Source: Perkinsus olseni | Lineage: Eukaryota | Length of the DNA: 64,000 bases | Direction: 5' to 3' | Assembly (NCBI GenBank): GCA_013115125.1 | Contig: JABANN010000018.1 | Coordinates: forward strand, 62,001 to 126,000 | Part shown: positions 37,372 through 49,055 of the stretch, piece after piece | How the letters are laid out: every line of letters begins with the position of its first letter | Numbering within the stretch: position 1 is the stretch's first letter | Translations under genes and position numbers: made by a program | The notes under the pieces: model-generated | What the model was told of the DNA's origin: nothing | The model's database searches: none | Seen by the model: the letters and a program-made list of their open reading frames with translations, nothing else

Positions 37372-38696
37372 ATGTTGAATCGGAAATGTTCGTGGTGTAG
37401 TAAGGGAATGCAGGACCTACTACTACTGCCCTATCATTGGCGACGGAAAGGACGACCTGTGTGTCGTGTTTTGGGATTGGTGATGATAGTAATCCTAATA
37501 TGGTTGGTGGTGATGGTGGATTCAACAGCCGCTGACGATTCTACGGGTTACTGCCGTTGGGTCTCTCAAGAGGACACGTTCCATTCCTATGAGGGTGTAC
37601 ACGAGGTCTACATTAGTTTTGATAATACCGATCAAACCAAAGCTTACATCGGGCTCTACGTGGACATGTCCGCCGATGGTGACCCGGGCACCCGGCAAGT
37701 CTACTTATGCCAAGGCGAGTTTGCCACAGTCAAGCAGACCTTCCCTAACAACTCCAGTTCAGTGAGCATACAGCAGAGCCAAGTGTCTATCACGTATCAT
37801 AGTATGAGCTTATGTGTGAGCAAGGCGTTCAACTTTATGAAAGATACTGGCCTTATTCAGCGAGACACGAACGAGCTTACCTACCTTCTCTTGGCTCTGA
37901 ACGAAACATGGTAGTAGGGGAGGGGATGGTAGTCGTCATCGTCAGCGCGAGTCCCGTCAGGTTCATCACTGGTCCGAATGCCGACATTAATCGTCTTTCT
38001 CTGTACACGGCCGGGAACCAGCTCGAACGGTGTTCTAAGGACGGAGCAACGCGCCCTATCGCGGGCGTCTATTGTGCTTCAACTTATTCCCTTAATGCGA
38101 CTAACGCTGACGAAGCCCAACTCGGTGCTCTCGGCCAAGGGGTATTCGTCACCGACTATGCTCCGGTCACGGACTACCATCCTTCTATTTTTGTAGGGTC
38201 ATTCAACTTTGTAGTTGGAACCTTCTGGGGCTCCCTCAACTTGACCTCGTACGATACGCCTGGTAGGCTCGCCACCATGCCTAGGAATAATCCGCTCACC
38301 TACAGTATCGGTACCAACGGGAACATCTCCTATGTCCTTTACTACGATCTCATATCGGTTTTCATCAAGACAAGTCTGTTGGACCGGGTAGGTGACGCGC
38401 AGACAATCGCCGTGTCCTACGAGAATCGGTACACCCTCCAACTCGGTGGTAACCGTCTCTCCTGTCCCGTCATGTACGGCCAGATCGGAGACATCATGCG
38501 GCAAGGAGCAGTGGCTGGGCCTGACCCTGGCATATTACCTAATATTATTGAGGACCCGTGGAAGCAGGCCCAAGGCCTGGTCATAGGGTGCGTTGCTGCA
38601 TTCATAATGGTAGTATTTGTTATATGGTCCGTACGTGTCGATAAACGTCGGAAGAAGGCCATGAAGAGACGTACAGCACTTATCATACCTACCTAG
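37372..38696 (+). CDS. Membrane/surface protein with N-terminal signal or TM and C-terminal TM
   Basis: Two long exons joined by an intron at about 37911-37960; VLGLVMIVILIWLVVMV; C-terminal GLVIGCVAAFIMVVFVIWSV then basic KRRKK; several NxS/T sites. Confidence 0.7.
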
Positions 38697-39201
38697 GGTC
38701 TTGTGGTCTTGCTGTGTTAGTGGCCTAGAGTGGTAGGAGGACTCTTGTCAACCCTGTTTGGTTGTGGCATCAGAGGACTGGTCATCGCCGCACGCCTGTG
38801 AGCTCGGAGCCTGCGACCACCGCTTCTATGTCCTTTGTTGTACTCTTCGTGTAATATAACAACAACGATACGGTCACTACGCCGTCTAACATTTTGTAAC
38901 ATTGTTCAACAGTAGATGGCCCGACGGTGGTGACCTCCAACCATAGAGCTGTCATTCCGTAGCTGCCGCTACGATGCTCTCTTCCAAGATGAGTTTCTTC
39001 GGTATGGTCAGCTTAGTCGTGTTGTTTAACTATGGGGACCAAGTCGTTGAGCGTAGGCAGCCAGTTAGTGCAAGCTGAAGCTGAAGTCACTTTTGAGCTT
39101 CTACTAAATGCAAGCTGTAGCCTTAGGTGGACCAGGGGCCGCTCGGGTGGGAGGTGAGTCCGCACATACCGAAAAGGACTCCATCCGACCAGACTAGGTT
39201 G

Positions 39202-41846
39202 ATGGTGATGTCAGGACCAGTTTCTCCTGTCCCTCCTGATAGCGGTATACTGTCCTACTTCCCCGAGTGGCTGTCATCTAACCCGTATTTTGGAGCCGGC
39301 TTCGGCCTGGTTGGAGTGGGCGCGGTCATGGGCATTCTCAGAACCTCTTGTGAGCATTACCGCATTCTGATAGCATTTCTGACATATCCGTCTGTTCGAA
39401 AGTATCCAAGGTCGACTCTGGCATCTGATCGAAAGTATCCGAGGTTGACTCTGGCATCTGATCGAAAGTATCCGAGGTTGACTCTGGCATCTGATCGAAA
39501 GAATCCAAGGTCGCAACACGCGTGTCCTTTCTTCATGCCTGACCGGGTCAGGCTGACCCTAGTCGAGCTCTCCCCCGGCACAAACTGTGTTGATCCATCC
39601 TCAGCGACGAGCCTACAGACAGTCTTCCGACGACGGGCACTGTCCTCCTTGGAGATACCTAGCAAGGACTACTCCTACCAGTGGGTCATGCAGTGGCTGG
39701 TGACGAAGAATGGCAGATATACTCAACATATAGGTAATGCCAGAACACCAGTAGTGCAACCCTACCGTTACCGCCGAACACTCTGTTACAGCACCAACAC
39801 TTTCCGTACTTGTATCGGTGTGTCTTTGAGCGAGGAGTGGTACTTGTGCCTGCCCTCGTGGCGCGATCCGAATGGCTACCCTGTCATCATCATCACTAAC
39901 CGGACACAGTGGTCCCTGCCGAACTCAGGCGTGGAGACGAACCACTCCAAAGATGTCTCCGGCCGGATGACTACGTCCTTTGATTTCATACCCAGCCCGG
40001 GTCGCCACTTAATGAAATTTAACGGTAAGTCGCGGCGAATGGGTACCCGTACAGTTATCATCGTTCTACGTTAGTTCGACCATCATTAGCAAGCTAACTC
40101 TAACGAGCCAGTACTTCAGTCTTAGCCTACCTTGATGACAGTTCTTAAAAACTTGAAGTTGTCATGAATACCACGTCGCCGCGTGTTCTCAGTGATAGTA
40201 CCCCACCGGTGTCGGGCTGTTCAGGGCGTCATCGATAGTGATGGTGTCTCCTTCCTCTCGGGAGGTCGATAGTAGGTGCGTGGATGCTAGTGGAGCGGGA
40301 ACGTAACAACTCCACCGTGGACATCACCACAGGCTCACCTTGGGAGACACTAACGCTAACAACGCTAGCATGGAATGCGGGAAAGTTCCAAGGTAGGTCG
40401 GATGGGCTGCTGGGTCCCCCTCGGACGGTCCCTTCAGAGCTCCTGCTAGAAGCCCAGAGTATGGCGGCCAACCGGGAGGAGGGCAAGACTGTCATATACA
40501 ATGCGGCCGGCCACGAATGGCGCCCCTTTGGGAATCCTAAGACGGTTCGACCGTTCGACTCTGGTGAGTCGTACATGGTCGTCTGCGTGGGTAGAGTGGA
40601 AAATGATAGTCGCCCTCGCGCTGGTGATGATGATGATGACGCCCGTTGCCGATCCTGCGCCCCGACTTGATGGCTATTCACATAACACTTTTCGAACAAT
40701 TCTCATCCGTCACTGCTCACCTCAGTCATCCTGGACGGTACAGCAGCGGAGACCATCGCCTCTGATGTGAAGGAGTTCCTTTCCACCGGTTCCTGGTAGG
40801 AGTCGGCCTCCCTGCCTACTCTGACTCCCACCGTCCTGCAGGTATCTCGATAGAGGCATACCCTATCGCCGAGGATACCTCTTCTATGGTCCGCCAGGCT
40901 GCGGCAAGACCAGCTATATAATGGCTTTAGCTGGGCATATACAGTAACTGGGGGAGAGCGGCTCTACACGCACTGCTCCATACCCTCACTTTCATTGTAT
41001 GTTACGCAAGTTGCGGTAGGATGATGTAGTCGTCGACGGTCGTCCTATGGAGATTTTCATAGTTCTTGGAAATTTGGTCTCCCCAGGTACAATATAGCAG
41101 TCCTCAACCTAGGCGACCCGACCATGTCCGACGACAGACTTCAGCGGCTTCTTGCCACTGTGCCTCCCAAGTGAGCGTGGACTCCTCCGTCTGTCGAGAC
41201 TTATAGAGCCCCCATTAGGTGCCTTATCCTCCTCGAGGACGTCGATTGTGTTTTACCGGAATACGAGCCTTCTGAGAAGTCGCCGGCCACGGATTCACGC
41301 CATCAGGGTGACTTCTCCTAGCTGCTCTCTGCTCTAATCTCCCCCTCCCTCAGGTATCCGTCCCATGACGTTCTCCGGTCTCCTCAACGCGCTCGATGGC
41401 GTCGGTTCTACTGAAGAGCGACTCGTCTTCATGACCACCAACAGGCCCTCCTTCCTGCCACCAGTCCTGGTCCGCCCAGGTAGCCTCCACTGGGGGCTCG
41501 CAGTGCTCGCCTACCGTTCTGTCAGGGCGCGTGGACGTGAAGGTCCACGTGGGCCTAGCGACACGGGAGCAGATGCGGCGTATGTTCGTTCGCTTCTATC
41601 CGGACGCAATCGAGTGGGCGGAGGAATTCGCCAGGTGAGCGCTTGGGCCCTGCAGGTGCCGTCGTTTGAGCGTTGATGGTGATGCTCAGGAAGTTGGAAG
41701 GGACGCCATTGTCGTTGGCGGACATCCAGGGGTACTTCCTTTTCTTCAAGGATGACCCTGAGGGATGCTTGGAGAACGTCGGCGAGTTTGCTGACCGCGT
41801 CATCAACAGCCAACGGTGGGACAAGGAGTGCTACTCGCGGTTATAA
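39202..41846 (+). CDS. BCS1: Mitochondrial chaperone BCS1 (AAA ATPase)
   Basis: [77 protein letters not shown]…FMTTN. Confidence 0.97.
39391..39513 (+). repeat. 33-bp minisatellite, about 3.7 copies, in BCS1 intron 1
   Basis: Unit tctgatcgaaagtatccgaggttgactctggca starting at 39391, 39424, 39457 and partially at 39490. Confidence 0.95.
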
Positions 41847-42349
41847 AAGCTCCTCGGGCTTGATTGCGTTAGGCCCGGCATGGTAGAAGAAAAAGCCGCT
41901 TCTTCTACTTCCACTCTCCCGACCAAGCGAGACGGCGGGACGTCCCGGGCCGCTCAGGAGAAGGGTCGCGATGCCTCTAGCATGTCTGCTGCCACGGTCG
42001 GGTAATCCGGCACTGCTTGTGTGTGCTCTATGCTTGGAGTTTCTGACACAGCTGGTCTTGGTGTGAGTCAATCGCCTGCCACTGCTTCGCTCCGCTGACG
42101 TGAATCGGTGGTCCTCCGCAGTTTACCAGTACTGTTGTGATGTTCCTTCTTCCTTATGGTCGTTATTGAAGCCACTCAACCATTCCGAACTCTCGGAGCC
42201 ATTCATATACGCAAGAAACGAGTGTTGGAGAAGTTGGCGGAATCAGGTGATCGCTACGTCCTCACCCGCCATGCAGCTCACTCTCAAAGCGTATCATTGG
42301 GGACTGCTGCTCTATCGGGGAGAGTCTTGTACAGCTCTCATAAGAGCCG

Positions 42350-43000
42350 GAATGTTCATCAGGGCAAGCATGGCGAGCGGGGGAAGATGAGGAGTCGTTC
42401 CTGGAATCCTTGAGACCGAAGAACCCCAAGTGCTTCAAATGCAACATGGCCATGCAGTGCCCGATGTGCAACCGAGTGAGGCAACAGTCCCATTGTCAGT
42501 TCTCGCTATATTCGTCTGTGCATTCCTTCTCGTCACGACAGCGATCACCATAATCTTCTGTCTCATGATGCTGCACGTGGTAGTGGGCCTTGTTATCAAG
42601 CGGAATCTTCGTAGAGGGACTGCCCCTGGACGCCTCGGATCATCGCTCCTTGGTCTACTCTTGCTACAGTGTGCCTCCTCTCAGGACGAGTGCAGCAAAT
42701 GCGGAGGATACATGAAATGCCCGAAGTGTGCGGGACTCGTTAAGGGGTCGACAGTGCCGGCCTTGGACAGCGGTAAGGCTCAAACCACGTAGTTGGCGTC
42801 CTCTGCCAACCCTGTGCGATTCAGAAGTACGTGGATTCGTAGAGACCAAGAGTGCAGGGACACAGTATAGCGAACGAGACTTCAAAAAGCACAAAAGCAA
42901 GGCCCAGCTGAGGAATGCATTGGGGACCGACCAAGAGGGAGGTGGGGCTGAGGTCGGGGTACTGGTGACGCTTCCAAGCTGTTGAAGGCTTCCTGAAATT
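42350..43000 (+). CDS. Hypothetical protein with two CxxC-x5-CxxC motifs
   Basis: CFKCNMAMQCPMC (42431-42469) and CSKCGGYMKCPKC (42691-42729); exon structure unresolved. Confidence 0.4.
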
Positions 43001-43458
43001 GAAGTCGCAGGAAATAAGTCCATTTATCACCGCGAAGAGCTCAATACATTTGCACCTCCTTGATTGGCAGGACGCGCTTAGACCTCGAACGCGGGTTGAT
43101 CTTGAGCGCCAAATCCGGTATGGTTGGATGGTACGGTCTGTATCACAGACCACTAGATGGGTGACCCACATTATGTAGGACTTGAAAGGCCCCATTATGA
43201 GTGGCGCTGGGGAGACGCAATTTCGAGATCGTTAAAGTCGATTCTGGATCGGGCTCATCGTTGCCACGATCGCTCTGTTGAGCCTCTCGATCGCACGATC
43301 ACGTAACGCACAAGATGAGCGCCGCCTGAATTATTTGTTTTCAGAGGCTTTCGGTGATGACGAAAAGGATGAGAAAGATCTTCGGATAGACGAGTTGCAA
43401 AAACAGGTTGGCATGGCGACGCTCTCCCCATTAGGGCCATTGCCATGATGTCAGATCG

Positions 43459-45613
43459 ATGATCTTAACGAGGAGATTGGCCGCGTTGAGGAAGAGCGAG
43501 ATAAGCAAGAGGAGCGAGCCGAGGTCTACCGCGAGAAGTACTGACCAAAGCAGCCATATTGTCTGTCCATCCATGCCTTTGCAGATACAACGAGATGAGG
43601 AAAGACTGGGATGTAGAGCAAAAAAGCAGGGTCAAGCTCGAGGCCAAGATCGGAGACTTTATGGGGCAGCTCAGGTCGATTACACTCGTCAATCGGCTAT
43701 CCTGATCAATCACCTGCCTCAGATACTTATCAGATGTGGCGGGTATGTATCAGGGTAGGCTCACCCAAACCAGGGTATGGGCGATGAGGACCATCGAAGA
43801 ACGGTGCGGTGGCGGGCGTGGTGTGTTTGTCTATGGCCTGCGTTAGATATGAGAAGGTGTGGGATATGCTGCTGGGCTATGGGAGGAGCGAGTCCCGTGC
43901 CATGGAGAGGATGGTCGTGGCAGCATGGAAGAGTGCTGTTGAGGTCATGAAAGTGGAAAGGTCTCTGGCTGAGTCTGTAGGTGCTGTTGCTAGTACCATC
44001 CGTTCACCTATTCATGATAGGAGAGCCGTTATGAGATGGCCAAGCGTGAGAAGGACTTGGTTGAGGCTGAGCAAGCCCGACTCAGGGATGCTATTGTGTC
44101 TTTGGAAGAGGTAGAGAACGTGCGAGCAATGGCGGTATTCGAGATAGTACATTACCCTAGTGCACTGCAGTGACCTCGAGTTCTTGCCGAGCAGCGGCAT
44201 CCGGTGTGTACTCTTGCCAGGGGGTTGCTCTCGGATACTTGCCACCGTCCTATACACTTGATAAGCACTCAAGACTCGGATGGCAGCCTGTCGCCGATAG
44301 GTGCTCCGAACTACTGACTTGCCCCGTTTCGTGCTAGATGGGTTCCCACTGGAATTCGGGATAGGGTCTCATTGTGGCTCATCCTAGGCAGGACCCATTC
44401 CCCACAGGTCGTAAGCGCAGCCCGTGATCGCCTCAAGGCAGCTGGCTATACAGTCCTCGATAAAGTGTAATAATTGGCGGCGGTGGCCTGGGGGCCCCAG
44501 GCTGGGGCCATGCAGCAGCCGGAACTCGTCGTAACCTCAGATTGAATAGCCAACCTGGCGGCAAACTGTGCCACTTCTTCGGTTTGTGGAAGATGGGTCA
44601 TGCAGCATCAGTCGCCGAATCCAAGCTCAACCAGGCCTATGAGCTCGCTGTAGAGCTCAAGGAACGACAGAAGGAGTAAGCTGGTCTGCGTCATCTTTAC
44701 AGCTCTTCTTTTCGTTCTGCTTCTCAACACTTCCCGTGAACTTGATCGTAGTCCTGCGGGAGGACGACTATCGATCTACTCCGAAGTACGGAGTTCGTCG
44801 AGGAGCGTGTAGTCTTCACTAGGGGTGGGTGGTGGTGGTGGTGGTGGTGGTACGGCCCTCCGGGATCCTCCAAGCCATCCGTGCCTTTTATCGGCTCTGA
44901 AATTCCAAGCTCATAATAACCGTGGTCGCTCCGGTTTTGGTACGTATAAACTCGAAGGTACGAGCTAGCACTGAAGAGAGTTGAGGACCTCACTGAAGAG
45001 TTGACGAAAGTGAAGAGGAAGGGCGCCTTGAGGGAGATGGAAGCTCGAAAACTCCGCCCCTTGGCAAACGAGGTGGGACATGCGACGTCCCAATCGTGCA
45101 TGATTACCGCTCTCATCCGACCTCTGCTGTGATTCGTCTGGAGAGGTCTGGCCTAGCTCTAGTGATCTATGTGCTTCTGTGTTGGTTGCGTCACACAGGT
45201 ACTGTCTCTAAAGCGTCAATTGGTCGATGTTGAGGAGGCCCGAGTACGTGAACTGGATGAGCGCGACGGCATCCTCATCGAGCGGAAGAAGGAGCTCCAG
45301 GAACTACAACAGGTATCTTGCATGCTTCAACCTAAGATACCACCCTAACCGGAGTTCAGATTATGTTGAACGACGTCCATGCTCAAGCACTGCAATCCCA
45401 TATCCTACACTTGAACGATAAAATTGCGTAGGCAAATCCTCAGCAGTGGCAAGCGCTTCTACCATGACATTTCGAGTTCAGATACGAGAGGTTGTTGCGC
45501 ATGCGTGCAGCGGGTGCCGGACTTCTCAAGAAAAGCTCTCCCTTGCTGATGTGTATGAAGTGCCAGAAGCTCGTAGTGTATCGTAAGGAGGCGAAGATGA
45601 TGGCCGACGAGTG
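43459..45613 (+). CDS. Multi-exon coiled-coil hypothetical protein
   Basis: E/K/R-rich helical exons (YNEMRKDWDVEQKSRVKLEAKIGDF; YELALKRVEDLTEELTKVKRK; LKRQLVDVEEARVRELDER); ends …CMKCQKLVVYRKEAKMMADE*. Confidence 0.55.
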
Positions 45614-46991
45614 AGTTCTCGTCCCGGGCCCGCCTCCGACATTTCGAGTCATCCAGATCCCCTCGCAAGCAGCCGCACAATAGCTTACTACCACCCCTGA
45701 AGGTGGGTAGTCGACCTTGTGTATCCGACGGCGAGGACAGCCTGAGGCAGCAGCGGGACTTCACTCAGAGTGGTGGCGGATTTGATAGGGTGAGCAGGCT
45801 TCCAAGGTCCGTCCTATTTGCCATAGCACTGAACATTGACGCCCACAAGGCTCGCCAAACTAAACTCATGGTCGCCATCAACACGCCGCCTGAAATGAAA
45901 CGACGAACCCTTCTTGTCATTCGAATTTTATATTCGTGTAGCTCCGCACGACTATGGAGCCCGGAGGAGCTCTACACTGTAGAGCTGCGCGGCAAGGACA
46001 GACGATCGTACGAATTTGGTCGCTGCGCTGCTAGCAATACTCAGTGATCGTATTCTCTGTTTGCGTTCCGCTCAGTCTCTGGTAAGTTACAGCAGCGACC
46101 CTGAGTCAGAGCTCTCCTTCACAAGGAACGTACATGGACTTAACGACGATCAACGGTACGCTGTGCATCGCTCCGCTGCACTTGATGGACTGCATCCTCA
46201 GTCACACGCGAAGCATGATCGAAGCTCCGAGTCACCAGTCAAGTAGCGTCCCCCGGCTGCCGGTAATTGCCGAGGGCGGGGAAACGGCCAGCAGCCGAGC
46301 CTCATCGGCTTCGCTGAGTAGACGATGGCGAATACCATGAGCGATGATGTTCGAGCCGTAGAGTACAGTTTTTCGTTGGACAGAGGTTAAATTGGTTGGG
46401 TATACCAGCCGTACGAGAGCGCGTGATGACATCACGCGCTGTCCAGTGCAGCCAGTGAGACTGCTACGCCGGCAGCTCGGGGAGCAGACGCCGACGTACC
46501 ATCAGCACTGGCGTGTGTGCTTGGACGGTATGTCTCATCCGCACCGATGGAGGGGACTCCCGCCGGGGGCTGCCACTTTAGTGAACGAAGCAGTGTTGGA
46601 GAAATCGGCCAGAGAGACCTCTGTAGTTGACGACGAAGTACTCCCAGTGATGCAGAGCATTGGCATGGTCTTGGCAAACTGACAGGGGGAAATATTTGTT
46701 TTCGTCCAAGTTGAGCCCGTCGTTGCTAGGAGCAGCAACCGCGAGATTTCCGGTGGCAGTGCTTGCTCCGCGGCTTCGGTCGTATTCGACGCGCCATAAG
46801 GAGTGGCGAGCCCTCAACCCGTTTCTGACAAGGCCTGAGCCTTGCGCATCCAGGATCCCCAAGATCATCAACTGCACGCTCAATACTGGGGGGGATGACA
46901 TTATACTGTTGCAATACTGTTGCATCATGTCAATCCCGATTCGGGGTTTCCGACTCCGGCAGTCGAAAATTGCCAATACCACTTCTTCCAG

Positions 46992-47265
46992 CGGGCAAAC
47001 TCTCGCTGAGCTCACGGTCTGTCCGACTTATTGTCTAGCCGAAGTACGGTACTTCAAGTACCGGACACTGTCCGGTAGACAGTACTGCTCAGCTCGAATT
47101 GGAGTCGAAACGCCGCCGGTCGCTCAGTTCGAGACCTGGAGCTGGGGCACACGGACGCTTATGGCACCCCCAGCCAGACTAGCCACACAGTTGGCCCTGT
47201 TGATAGTGAGGTACGGGCAAACTCTCGCTGCGCTCACCGTCCGCCTCACTCATTGCCTGGCCGAA
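46992..47265 (+). repeat. 52-bp imperfect direct repeat with 222-bp spacing
   Basis: 46992-47043 versus 47214-47265, 43/52 identical (cgggcaaactctcgctg…gccgaa). Confidence 0.85.
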
Positions 47266-47275
47266 ATCCCGAATA

Positions 47276-47522
47276 CTATTGCCGAGCTGAGCTCATGAGA
47301 TCCAAAGATCTATCCGGTGTAGAATCATGTGGACAAACTACTCGCAGACGTAGGATGTACGTTCGGAAACCTTGCCGACGGTTCTGTCTTCTTGGTGCAC
47401 TTTTGACCATCATCGCAATCAGCATTCCCATTCTTCGGGTCGCAGTCCTTGTCACAGCCTTGTAGAGTGAGAATAACGAGGGAGACGAATAGGGCCCTCC
47501 CAGCAAGAGCGAAACCCTTCAT
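47276..47522 (-). CDS. Small secreted Cys-rich protein; 3' end uncertain
   Basis: MKGFALAGRALFVSLVILTLQGC followed by DKDCDPKNGNADCDDGQKC. Confidence 0.55.
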
Positions 47523-47699
47523 TGAGGCGGAGTATCAACTGGCAACTACGAAGCGGTAGTGCCAGACGTACCGAAAGGCAGAGAGGCAGACTTGTACTTG
47601 AGGTCTCAAAAAAGGGCTAACTTGAACAAGTATAAGTCAGGACTACAAGAAATCTAATAATCGGACTAGTCAACTGATCTATTTAGGCAAATGCAGCGG

Positions 47700-47755
47700 T
47701 TGCACGGCGTGCAAGAACGTGAATATGCGTGCAATGCACGCATATTCACGTTCTT
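47700..47755. repeat. Perfect 21-bp-arm inverted repeat with an overlapping 7-bp palindrome
   Basis: aagaacgtgaatatgcgtgca-a-tgcacgcatattcacgttctt (47713-47755); ttgcacg-g-cgtgcaa (47700-47714). Confidence 0.95.
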
Positions 47756-48721
47756 TCATGGAATGAGGTGACGCACAGGGCTCGTTGTCTGGAGGTAGAC
47801 AACAGAGAAGAATCAGGCACTTTCTTTTCATAGGCTATTTCGATAGAATTGACTAGTTAAACCTGTGGTCTCCGAGATGGGGCAAGGCGCAGTACTCCAG
47901 CGGCGTCGGTGAGGTCGGCAGGACCTAATGGCGGCAGCGAGGGTAATGCGAAGGCAAGCTGTGCCGAGGCCAGAGGCTATGCTACAAATAGTGATCGCGG
48001 TTCGGCATGCACAAGTGCCTCTCGAGGACCTCGAGCGAAAAATGTGAGAGTGTTGGGAGGACGACGCCCGTCTCAAAAACGGCGTCTATTAGACAGCGTC
48101 TAATCGAGCGCTTATTGAGCACCTGACAGCTTGAGCCGGCACTCATGGCACTTGCTTGCTAGCAGGCTGCTAGTAGCAGCTCGAGCTATGCAGTGCATAG
48201 TATGCATGCATACACAAAGCGATCGGCGCATAATGAGTAACACCCACGAATTGAGTCTTCTTGGTGCACTTCTCCATAGGTCTTTACGCTTCAACGTCGC
48301 GTGGGAGAGACCGGGTCCTCGGAGACCGGTATGTCTCATCCCAGTATGCACACTTATTGTCACTGCACACTATGTCTCATTCAGTCTCATCCCGTAGGGG
48401 TACACCGGGAGTACTACACCCTACACACGAAGGCAGTGAGTCATTGCCAATGACGCTTTAACGAGCCAAGCGCGAAATTCATCCTCACAAGTTGTGAGTC
48501 ACAACATTACTTCCAGGAAAATTTGGCTTTGAGGAGAACATCGCGCTTCACTCGGGCTCCTGCGGCACCTTTAATGCGAGTTTACAACCACTCGGCAGTC
48601 CTGCCTCCCCCTCCCTACTGAGGCACAACTCTTGGACATGAACAGAAGAGCTCCAAGCTTACAGAGAATTCACCTGGTTGACAAGAGATCAATCCAACCA
48701 AACGCTCAGGACGAAGTGAGC

Positions 48722-49055
48722 CTACCGGCCCAGAGGGATGTCGTAGGAGCATAGCCCAGCGAGCAGGGGCAAAGACGAAGCAAAATTGCACTGGCGGTCA
48801 TAATTGCGTATCAGCTCACCGACTAGTGTCTCGTTTGAGGCGAAGCGGTGTTGCTGGCCTTCGAATAGCTCGCCGACAAACTCGCTGAACGCATGGTTGA
48901 TCTTCAGACTATCTCTATCCTTCATGAGTGCGCCGTCCGCCCTGTCCCCCCAGAGGTACGGTACAGCCTCCGGATGGAACTGGAAGGAGAACATGGGTGC
49001 CTTGTGATAGAAAGCACCACTAGGATTGTTGAACACAACCTTGCCTTCTATAGGA
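48722..49055 (-). pseudogene. C-terminal fragment of gamma-glutamyl hydrolase (peptidase C26)
   Basis: IEGK|APMFSFQFHPEAVPYLW…NHAFSEFV…HRFASNE…LIRNY resembles the GGH C-terminus with catalytic HPE. No upstream PGG or G-x-C-x-G exons were recognised before the next gene. Confidence 0.6.

Noticed and set aside
39391..39513. CRISPR-like appearance of the 33-bp repeats
   Set aside because: The units are contiguous with no unique spacers, there are no cas genes, and the site is a eukaryotic intron.
45703..46047. F-box-like segment (VSRLPRSVLFAIALNID)
   Set aside because: The similarity is too weak and no coherent gene model could be built.
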